Of a stretch of 64,000 bases of DNA, positions 7,440 to 14,829 are shown piece by piece. The position numbers and the translations under genes are program-made. Within the stretch, counting starts at the first letter, position 1; each line of letters begins with the position of its first letter. The notes beneath the pieces were generated by a model. The model was not told the DNA's origin. It ran no database searches and saw only the letters and a program-made list of their open reading frames with translations. Location: positions 805-64,804 of the forward strand of contig NZ_JBDNGU010000148.1 in assembly GCF_041689105.1 (NCBI RefSeq), written 5' to 3'. The stretch is from Polaromonas sp. GTDB taxonomy: Bacteria > Pseudomonadota > Gammaproteobacteria > Burkholderiales > Burkholderiaceae_C.

Positions 7440-9317
7440 CTACTTGCGCACCGGTGGTAAATCCGTACAGCTGCCATGCGCCACTTCAGCCGCCATGCCA
7501 ATGCTCTCGCCGAGCGTCGGGTGCGGGTGGATGGTCTTGCCGATGTCCACCGCGTCGGCGCCCATCTCGATGGCCAGAGCCACCTCGCCAATCATGTCGC
7601 CAGCATGCGTGCCGACCATGCCGCCGCCCAGGATCTTCCCGTGGCCATGGGCCTCCGGGCTGTCGTCGAACAACAGTTTGGTCACGCCCTCATCTCGGCC
7701 ATTGGCAATCGCGCGGCCGGAAGCCGTCCACGGGAACAGGCCTTTTTTGACCTTGATGCCTTGCGCTTTGGCTTCGGTCTCGGTCAAGCCCACCCAGGCG
7801 ATTTCGGGGTCGGTATAAGCCACGCTGGGGATCACGCGGGCGTTGAAAGCGGCGCTGGCGAGTTCTTTGTTGCCTTGCAGTTCACCAGCAATCACTTCGG
7901 CGGCCACATGGCCCTCATGCACTGCCTTGTGTGCCAGCATGGGCTGGCCGACGATGTCGCCGATGGCGAAGATGTGCGGCACGTTGGTGCGCATCTGGAT
8001 GTCGACGTTGATGAAGCCGCGGTCGGTCACGGCCACGCCGGCCTTCTCGGCAGCGAGCTTCTTGCCGTTGGGTGTGCGGCCCACGGCTTGCAGGACCATG
8101 TCATAGGTTTGCGGCGCAGGGGCGGTGCCGCCCTCTTCCGCTGCGGCAAAGCTCACTTCGATGCCGGCCTGGGTCGCCTTGGCGCCCACGGTTTTGGTCT
8201 TGAGCATGATGTTGTCAAAGCGTGGCGCGTTCATCTTCTGCCAGACCTTGACCAGGTCGCGGTCGGCGCCCTGCATCAGGCCGTCCAGCATCTCGACCAC
8301 ATCCAGGCGCGCACCCAGCGTTGAATACACCGTACCCATTTCCAGGCCGATGATGCCGCCGCCCAGGACCAGCATGCGCTTGGGCACTTCTTTGAGTGCC
8401 AGCGCACCGGTGCTGTCCACCACGCGCGCATCGTCCGGCATGAAAGGCAGGTGCACGGCTTGCGAGCCCGCAGCGATGATGCAGTTTTTGAACGCGATGG
8501 TCTGGCTCTTGCCGGTTTTTTCCTGGCCTTCGGCACCGCTGGTTTCATCGACCTGCAGGTGATTGGCGCCGACAAAGGCGCCGTAGCCGCGCAGCACCGT
8601 CACCTTGCGCATTTTGGCCATGGCAGCCAGGCCACCGGTAAGCTTGCCGACGACTTTTTCCTTGTGCGTGCGCAGCTTGCCAATGTCCAGCGTGGGTTCG
8701 CCAAAACTCACACCCAAGCTGTCAAAGTGTTTGACCTCGTCCATCACGGCGGCCACATGCAGCAGCGCCTTGGACGGGATGCAGCCGACATTCAGGCAGA
8801 CGCCGCCGAGGGTGGCGTAACGCTCGACCAGCACCACCTTCAGCCCGAGATCAGCCGCGCGGAAAGCCGCTGAATAACCGCCGGGGCCGGCGCCCAGCAC
8901 CAGCAGGTCGCAATCGAGGTCGGCATTGCCGGTGAACGTGGTGGCGGTGGGAGCGGGGACACCCTCACCCCGGCCCTCTCCCGCAGGAGAGGGAGTTGAT
9001 GCCGGCTGTTTCATGCTACTCCCTCTCCCGCTTGCGGGAGCGGGCTGGGGTGAGGGCGCAGCGGCGGGGGCGGCAGCGGCGGCGGCCTCCAGCAACAGCA
9101 CGACGCTTCCCTGCTTGACCTTGTCGCCCAGCTTGACCTTGAGCTCTTTCACGACGCCGGCCTGGCTGGACGGGATCTCCATCGAGGCCTTGTCGCTTTC
9201 GACCGTCATCAGGCTCTGGTCTGCCTTGATGGTGTCGCCAGGTTTGACCAGCAGTTCAATGACGGTGACCTCGTCGAAGTCGCCGATGTCGGGGATCTGG
9301 ATGTCTATCAATGCCAT
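7440..9317 (-). CDS. lpdA: Dihydrolipoyl dehydrogenase (PDH E3) with N-terminal lipoyl domain
   Basis: 625 aa. Lipoyl motif ESDKASMEIP, FAD motif GAGPGGY, redox-active disulfide CLNVGCIPSK, and C-terminal interface HPHPTLGE. Confidence 0.9.
   Translation of the reverse strand: MALIDIQIPDIGDFDEVTVIELLVKPGDTIKADQSLMTVESDKASMEIPSSQAGVVKELKVKLGDKVKQGSVVLLLEAAAAAAPAAAPSPQPAPASGRGSSMKQPASTPSPAGEGRGEGVPAPTATTFTGNADLDCDLLVLGAGPGGYSAAFRAADLGLKVVLVERYATLGGVCLNVGCIPSKALLHVAAVMDEVKHFDSLGVSFGEPTLDIGKLRTHKEKVVGKLTGGLAAMAKMRKVTVLRGYGAFVGANHLQVDETSGAEGQEKTGKSQTIAFKNCIIAAGSQAVHLPFMPDDARVVDSTGALALKEVPKRMLVLGGGIIGLEMGTVYSTLGARLDVVEMLDGLMQGADRDLVKVWQKMNAPRFDNIMLKTKTVGAKATQAGIEVSFAAAEEGGTAPAPQTYDMVLQAVGRTPNGKKLAAEKAGVAVTDRGFINVDIQMRTNVPHIFAIGDIVGQPMLAHKAVHEGHVAAEVIAGELQGNKELASAAFNARVIPSVAYTDPEIAWVGLTETEAKAQGIKVKKGLFPWTASGRAIANGRDEGVTKLLFDDSPEAHGHGKILGGGMVGTHAGDMIGEVALAIEMGADAVDIGKTIHPHPTLGESIGMAAEVAHGSCTDLPPVRK
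8962..9056. repeat. REP-like palindromic element inside the lpdA linker
   Basis: CCCTCACCCCGGCCCTCTCCCGCAGGAGAGGGAG ... CTCCCTCTCCCGCTTGCGGGAGCGGGCTGGGGTGAGGG. The two arms are inverted copies and each contains its own hairpin. The element is translated in frame as PSPQPAPASGRGSSMKQPASTPSPAGEGRGEGVP. Confidence 0.7.
9087..9317 (-). repeat. Lipoyl-domain duplication, copy in lpdA
   Basis: The first 77 aa of lpdA and aceF are identical. The DNA differs at about a dozen positions, all silent. Confidence 0.85.
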
Positions 9318-9351
9318 GTCTCTTTTCTCCGCTTGAGGGGTCGGGGTCAGC

Positions 9352-9936
9352 TTACTTTTTGAGCTTGACCGTGAACAGTTCCGCCGGGCCGGCGGAGTTT
9401 TTGTCGAATTCGCAACCGGCGTTCATGCCGGCCATCGCCACTTCGCGCGCCGTTTTGGCCTTTTCCCAGGTCGCGTGCATGGCACCCAGCGCAAAGCTGC
9501 GTCCGGACCCTATGCCCCAGAACTCCTTGAACTCGAACACCTCGCGGTAGCTATACAGCCCATAGATGCCGCTGGCATTGGCGATCAGCACGCTGAACTG
9601 GCTGGACTCGTAAGGGTCGTTGTCGTCTTCTTTGGTCTGCAGGAAAAAAGCCTCCTTGAGCACCGGGTGCACCTTGTTGAAGGTGTCGAAGACCTCGTCC
9701 TTGCTGCCAAAGCGCAGCTGGTCCTTGGGCAGGGTGGCCAGGGCCTTGCGCAGCACCGGAAAATGCGCCACCGTACCGGCCATGCCGATGTAACTGGCGC
9801 CAGCCGGGGCATCCACCTTGAATATCTTGCTGTTGACCTCGTAGCGGCTGCCCAGACGCGTATCGCCAAAGGTGATGAGCGCGTCCGTGGCAATCACCGC
9901 CTGCCCGGCCTTCCTGACCACCACAAGGGTCGTCAT
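9352..9936 (-). CDS. Proteasome-type Ntn hydrolase (HslV/BPH-like)
   Basis: Track ORF 9352..10191, trimmed to Met86 (ATG 9936); the upstream part is translated repeat R1. MTTLVVVRK has a Thr directly after Met, with Asp and Lys at roughly +17 and +35 (ATD, NSKIF). GMAGTVAHF and GIGSGRSFALGAM resemble proteasome beta-subunit motifs. Confidence 0.6.
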   Translation of the reverse strand: MTTLVVVRKAGQAVIATDALITFGDTRLGSRYEVNSKIFKVDAPAGASYIGMAGTVAHFPVLRKALATLPKDQLRFGSKDEVFDTFNKVHPVLKEAFFLQTKEDDNDPYESSQFSVLIANASGIYGLYSYREVFEFKEFWGIGSGRSFALGAMHATWEKAKTAREVAMAGMNAGCEFDKNSAGPAELFTVKLKK

Positions 9937-9948
9937 TCCGGCAATCCC

Positions 9949-10126
9949 TTCAAGCAGGGGCCGCGGGACTGGCTCCGCCAGACCGCAGGAGCAGCGGCCC
10001 CCTCGGGGCTGGCGCCTTCGGCTCCGAACCTGCTTGAGCAGGTTTGGACAGGCGCCAGAAGCGAAGCCTCTGGCGAGCGGCGGCCTGCAAGGTGCAGCGA
10101 AGTACACGAAGTGACGAGCGTGGGGG
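9949..10126. repeat. R1 repeat, full copy 1
   Basis: About 80% identical by eye to 37621..37809. Internal hairpins include GGGACTGGC-TCC-GCCAGACC and GCCCCCTCGGGGC, plus a CAAGCAG...CTGCTTG pairing. It fills the whole gap between the aceF stop and the BPH-like start. Confidence 0.75.
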
Positions 10127-11785
10127 TCAAAGCAGCACGCGGCGGAAGTCGGCCAGGATGGAACCGAGATAGGCGTTGAAACGAGCAGCACCGGCGCCGT
10201 CGATCACGCGGTGATCCCACGCCAGCGACAGCGGCAGCATCAGGCGCGGACGGAAGGCCCCACCTTCGTGGCTGGCGTCCCAGACCGGCTCCATCTGGCT
10301 CTTGGATACGCCGAGAATGGCCACTTCAGGCGCGTTGATGATGGGTGTGAAATAACGCCCCCCAATACCGCCCAGCGAAGAGATGGTGAAGCTCGCGCCC
10401 TGCATCTCGGCCGGCGCCAGCTTGCCGTCGCGCGCTTTTTTCGCCAGCTCGCCCATCTCCTGCGAGATCTGCATGATGCCTTTTTTGTCGACGTCCTTGA
10501 GCACAGGCACCATCAGCCCGTTGGGCGTGTCAGCGGCAAAACCGATGTTGTAGTACTGCTTGTAGACCAGCTGGTCGCCGTCGAGTGAGCTATTGAACTC
10601 GGGAAATTTCTTCAAGGCCGCGACGCTGGCCTTGATCAGGAAGGCCAGCATGGTGACCTTCACGCCTGACTTTTCGTTGTCCTTGTTGGTGGACACGCGG
10701 AAAGCTTCCAGGTCGGTGATGTCGGCATCGTCATGGTTGGTGACGTGCGGAATCATCACGTAGTTGCGCAGCAGGTTGGCGCCGCTGATCTTCTTGATAC
10801 GCGGCAGGTCCTTGCGCTCGACAGCACCAAATTTGGCGAAGTCCACCTTGGGCCAGGGCAGCAGGTCCAGCCCTGCGCCGCCGCCGGAAGACGCGGGTGC
10901 CTTGGCAGCCTGCGCCTGGGTGCGCACCTCGCCAGCCATGACGGATTTGGTGAAAGCCTGCACGTCGTCCTGGGTGATGCGGCCTTTGGGGCCGCTGCCC
11001 TTGACCTCGGCCAGCGGCACGCCGAGCTCGCGCGCGAACTTGCGCACCGACGGTGAGGCGTGTGGCAAGTTGCCGGTGGGGGTGGAAGGTTCATGCGCGG
11101 GCACGGCGGCTGCCGGTGCGCTGGCAGGTGCAGGCGAAGATGCAGGGGCGGACGCCGGGGCGGCGGGGGCCGGCGCAGGCGAGCCGGCGGGCGCGGCCAC
11201 GACGCCGTCGAGCAACAGCAGCACGTCGCCGACATTGATCTTGTCGCCGAGCTTGATCCTGATTTCTTTGACGACGCCCGCCTGGCTGGACGGAATTTCC
11301 ATCGAAGCCTTGTCGGACTCGACGGTCGCCAGCGACTGCTCGGCCTTGACGGTGTCGCCGACCTTGACCAGCATTTCAATGACCACAACGTCCTTGAAGT
11401 CGCCGATGTCGGGCACCAGCACCTCCAGGGGGCCACTGTCTGCAGACGCTGGCTCTGCTACTGATTTTGTAGCTGCCGGCGCATGTGCAGCAGGGGCTGG
11501 TGCCTGTTTTTGTTCAGAAACCGGAGCGGCAGCAGGCGTGGCCGCGTCGGCGGACTCCAGCAACAGGACGACCGATCCTTGTTTGACCTTGTCGCCCAGC
11601 TTGACCTTGAGCTCTTTCACGACGCCGGCCTGGCTGGACGGGATCTCCATCGAGGCCTTGTCGCTCTCGACCGTCATCAAGCTCTGGTCAGCCTTGATCG
11701 TGTCGCCGGGTTTGACCAGCAGTTCGATGACGGTGACCTCGTCAAAGTCGCCGATGTCGGGGATCTGGATGTCTATCAATGCCAT
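10127..11785 (-). CDS. aceF: Dihydrolipoamide acetyltransferase (PDH E2)
   Basis: 552 aa. Two lipoyl domains (2x ESDKASMEIPSS), Ala/Pro linkers, an E3-binding segment (SPSVRKFARELGV), and a catalytic domain with DHRVIDGA. Confidence 0.93.
   Translation of the reverse strand: MALIDIQIPDIGDFDEVTVIELLVKPGDTIKADQSLMTVESDKASMEIPSSQAGVVKELKVKLGDKVKQGSVVLLLESADAATPAAAPVSEQKQAPAPAAHAPAATKSVAEPASADSGPLEVLVPDIGDFKDVVVIEMLVKVGDTVKAEQSLATVESDKASMEIPSSQAGVVKEIRIKLGDKINVGDVLLLLDGVVAAPAGSPAPAPAAPASAPASSPAPASAPAAAVPAHEPSTPTGNLPHASPSVRKFARELGVPLAEVKGSGPKGRITQDDVQAFTKSVMAGEVRTQAQAAKAPASSGGGAGLDLLPWPKVDFAKFGAVERKDLPRIKKISGANLLRNYVMIPHVTNHDDADITDLEAFRVSTNKDNEKSGVKVTMLAFLIKASVAALKKFPEFNSSLDGDQLVYKQYYNIGFAADTPNGLMVPVLKDVDKKGIMQISQEMGELAKKARDGKLAPAEMQGASFTISSLGGIGGRYFTPIINAPEVAILGVSKSQMEPVWDASHEGGAFRPRLMLPLSLAWDHRVIDGAGAARFNAYLGSILADFRRVLL
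11555..11785 (-). repeat. Lipoyl-domain duplication, copy in aceF
   Basis: See 9087..9317. The similarity extends into the ribosome-binding region (GGAGA..ATG). Confidence 0.85.
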
Positions 11786-11826
11786 GTTCTTGTCTCCGTT
11801 CGCTCTGTTCGTTCGCTGCGCAGTGC

Positions 11827-14562
11827 TCAGGCGTAAAGCGGGTTGATCTTGTCGGCATTGATGCCGTATTTCTTGATGGCCTCGGCCACCTTGGCGACCG
11901 GCACGGTGCCGTCTTCACTGAGCGCCTTGAGCGCGGCCACCACGATGTAGTGGCGGTTGATTTCAAAGTGCGCGCGCAGCTTGCTGCGGAAATCGCTGCG
12001 TCCAAAACCGTCGGTGCCCAGTACCTTGTAGGTGCGGCCTTTGGGAATGAAGGGACGGATCTGCTCGGCGTAGGCCTTCATGTAGTCGGTGGAAGCGACC
12101 ACCGGGCCGGCACTGGTTGAGAGCTGTTGCGTCACGAAGGGGATGCGGGGCGTGTCCAACGGATGCAGCAGGTTCCAGCGATCGGCGTCCTGGCCGTCAC
12201 GCGTGAGTTCGTTGAAGCTCGGGCAGCTCCACACGCCCGCGGCGACACCCCAGTCCTTCTCAAGCAGTTCCTGGGCGGCAATGCTTTCACGCAGGATGGT
12301 GCCGCTGCCCAGCAACTGGACCGTTGGCGCCTTGGCGGCAAGGGCTGGCGCCTGTTTGCACAGGTACATGCCCTTGATGATCTGTTCTTCGGTGCCGGGC
12401 TGCAGGCCGGGCATGGCGTAGTTTTCGTTGAGCAGCGTCAGGTAGAAATACACGTTGTCCTGGCGCTCGACCATGCGCTTGAGGCCATGGTGCAGGATAA
12501 CGCCGACCTCGTGCGCAAAGGTCGGGTCGTAAGAGACGCAGTTTGGAATAGTGCCGGCCAGTATGTGACTGTGCCCGTCCTCATGCTGCAGGCCTTCGCC
12601 GTTGAGCGTGGTACGTCCGGATGTGCCGCCCAGCAAAAAGCCGCGTGCCTGCATGTCGCCGGCAGCCCAAGCCAGATCACCGACGCGCTGGAAGCCGAAC
12701 ATCGAGTAATACACGTAGAACGGGATCATGATCCGGTTGTTGGTGCTGTACGAAGTGGCCGCCGCAATCCAGCTGCTCATGCCGCCGGCCTCGTTGATGC
12801 CTTCCTGCAGGATCTGGCCTTTCTTGTCTTCCTTGTAATACATCACCTGGTCTTTATCGACCGGCGTGTACTGCTGGCCGTCCGGGTTGTAGATGCCGAT
12901 CTGCCGGAACAGGCCTTCCATGCCGAAGGTGCGCGCTTCGTCCACCAGGATGGGCACCACGCGCGGGCCCAGCGCCTGGTCGCGCAGCAACTGCGTGAGG
13001 AAGCGCACATAGGCCTGTGTGGTCGAGATTTCGCGGCCCTCGGCCGTCGGCTCGATCACCGACTTGAAGGTCTCCAGCGCCGGCACGCTGAAGCTTTCGT
13101 CGGCCTTGACGCGGCGGTGCGGCAAATAACCGCCCAGTGCCTTGCGGCGCTCATGCAGGTACTTCATCTCTGGCGTGTCATCGGCCGGTTTGTAGAACGG
13201 GATGTCGGCGAGCTGGCTGTCGGGGATAGGGATGTTGAAGCGGTCGCGGAAGGTCTTGATATCCTCGTCCGAGAGTTTCTTGGTCTGGTGGACGTTGTTC
13301 TTGCCCTCACCGATCTTGCCCATGCCAAAACCCTTGACGGTCTTGATCAGCAGCACGGTGGGCTGGCCAACGTGATTGACGGCGGCGTGAAAGGCTGCAT
13401 AGACCTTTTGCGAATCGTGGCCGCCGCGGCGCAGTTCGAAGATGTCCTCGTCGCTCATCTTGGCGACCATCTCCAGCGTCCTCGGGTCCTTGCCGAAAAA
13501 ATGCTTGCGGACATAGCCGCCGTCATTGGCCTTCATGGCCTGGTAGTCGCCATCGACCGTATCCATCATGATCTTGCGCAGCGCCCCGTCCTTGTCGCGC
13601 GCCAGCAGCGGGTCCCAGCTGCTGCCCCAGATCAGCTTGATCACGTTCCAGCCGGCGCCGCGGAAGTCGCCCTCGAGCTCCTGGATGATTTTGCCGTTTC
13701 CGCGCACCGGCCCGTCCAGGCGCTGCAGGTTGCAGTTGATGACAAACACCAGGTTGTCGAGCTTTTCGCGCGCTGCCAGGCCGATGGCGCCCATGGACTC
13801 GACCTCGTCCATCTCGCCGTCACCACAGAACACCCAGACCTTGCGGTTTTCAGTGTTGGCAATGCCGCGTGCATGCAGGTATTTCAGGAAACGCGCCTGA
13901 TAAATCGCCATGAGGGGACCCAGCCCCATGGACACCGTGGGGAACTGCCAGAACTCGGGCATGAGCTTGGGGTGCGGGTAGCTCGACAAGCCCTTGCCAT
14001 CGACCTCCTGGCGGAAGTTGAGCAGTTGCTCTTCGGTCAGGCGACCTTCGAGGTAGGCACGGGCATAAACACCTGGCGACACATGGCCCTGGATGTAGAG
14101 GCAGTCACCGCCATGGCCTTCACTTTCAGCATGCCAGAAATGGTTGAAACCGGCACCAAACAGGCTGGCCAACGAGGCGAAAGAACCGATGTGGCCGCCC
14201 AGGTCGCCGCCATCGGCCGGATGCAGGCGGTTGGCCTTGACCACCATCGCCATCGCGTTCCAACGCATGTAGGCGCGCAGGCGGCGCTCGATTTCAAGGT
14301 TGCCAGGAGAGCGCTCTTCCTGATCCGTCTCGATGGTGTTCACGTAACCGGTATTGGCCGAAAACGGCATGTCTATGCTGCCCTGGCGGGCATGCTCGAG
14401 AAGCTGCTCTAGCAGGTAGTGGGCGCGCTCGGGGCCTTCGCTCTCGATGACGGCGGTCAGGGCTTCCAGCCACTCCCGTGTTTCCTGGGCGTCCTTGTCG
14501 AGCGCGTCGTTCGCGGCCTTGCCTAAAGTGTCCACACGTGCCTGGTCCGGATTTGCAGCCAT
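11827..14562 (-). CDS. aceE: Pyruvate dehydrogenase E1 component (homodimeric type)
   Basis: 911 aa. ThDP motif FCGDGEMDEVESMGA...NCNLQRLDG. The length and N-terminus are typical of AceE. Confidence 0.95.
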   Translation of the reverse strand: MAANPDQARVDTLGKAANDALDKDAQETREWLEALTAVIESEGPERAHYLLEQLLEHARQGSIDMPFSANTGYVNTIETDQEERSPGNLEIERRLRAYMRWNAMAMVVKANRLHPADGGDLGGHIGSFASLASLFGAGFNHFWHAESEGHGGDCLYIQGHVSPGVYARAYLEGRLTEEQLLNFRQEVDGKGLSSYPHPKLMPEFWQFPTVSMGLGPLMAIYQARFLKYLHARGIANTENRKVWVFCGDGEMDEVESMGAIGLAAREKLDNLVFVINCNLQRLDGPVRGNGKIIQELEGDFRGAGWNVIKLIWGSSWDPLLARDKDGALRKIMMDTVDGDYQAMKANDGGYVRKHFFGKDPRTLEMVAKMSDEDIFELRRGGHDSQKVYAAFHAAVNHVGQPTVLLIKTVKGFGMGKIGEGKNNVHQTKKLSDEDIKTFRDRFNIPIPDSQLADIPFYKPADDTPEMKYLHERRKALGGYLPHRRVKADESFSVPALETFKSVIEPTAEGREISTTQAYVRFLTQLLRDQALGPRVVPILVDEARTFGMEGLFRQIGIYNPDGQQYTPVDKDQVMYYKEDKKGQILQEGINEAGGMSSWIAAATSYSTNNRIMIPFYVYYSMFGFQRVGDLAWAAGDMQARGFLLGGTSGRTTLNGEGLQHEDGHSHILAGTIPNCVSYDPTFAHEVGVILHHGLKRMVERQDNVYFYLTLLNENYAMPGLQPGTEEQIIKGMYLCKQAPALAAKAPTVQLLGSGTILRESIAAQELLEKDWGVAAGVWSCPSFNELTRDGQDADRWNLLHPLDTPRIPFVTQQLSTSAGPVVASTDYMKAYAEQIRPFIPKGRTYKVLGTDGFGRSDFRSKLRAHFEINRHYIVVAALKALSEDGTVPVAKVAEAIKKYGINADKINPLYA

Positions 14563-14829
14563 GGTTTTGTCTCCTGCTGTTCGCTAGGGTGCTAGCGTGG
14601 TGTTGAGTAGCGTCTTCATCACGTTTTAACGCAATTTAGATTCAAGCCCCTAGTTTCTCATAACTTTTATTAAATTTCAAATAGCGCATATTGATTTCAT
14701 ATTAAGAAATTTAGTGAGTAATTGAGAATTGACCTGCACACACCCGATAAATCCCCCGGTCGATGGCATTGCGTCCCTGGGGAATACACCCCGGCACAGC
14801 CATCTGTCCCTTAAACTTGACGGCCCACC
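14563..14829. promoter_or_regulatory. AT-rich divergent control region between aceE and the sensor kinase
   Basis: The local AT content is far above background (14640-14730). It contains the inverted repeat AAATTTC-N27-GAAATTT (14672..14712). I did not call specific -35/-10 boxes with confidence. Confidence 0.4.

Noticed and set aside
7241-7818. ORFs of 169 and 163 aa spanning the island boundary and the lpdA 3' end
   Set aside because: They run antisense into lpdA and across its terminator, with low-complexity Arg/Pro/Cys-rich sequence. I treat the boundary gap as non-coding.
9937-10191. N-terminal 85 residues of track ORF 9352-10191
   Set aside because: This part is a translation of the R1 repeat and of the aceF 3' end. 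The proteasome-like domain begins at Met86 with the expected Met-Thr start.
12127-14412. 761-aa plus-strand ORF opposite aceE
   Set aside because: This is a mirror-frame ORF of a strongly recognisable gene in high-GC DNA. Its composition is Arg/Ala/His/Gly-rich, it has no motifs, and aceE accounts fully for the region.
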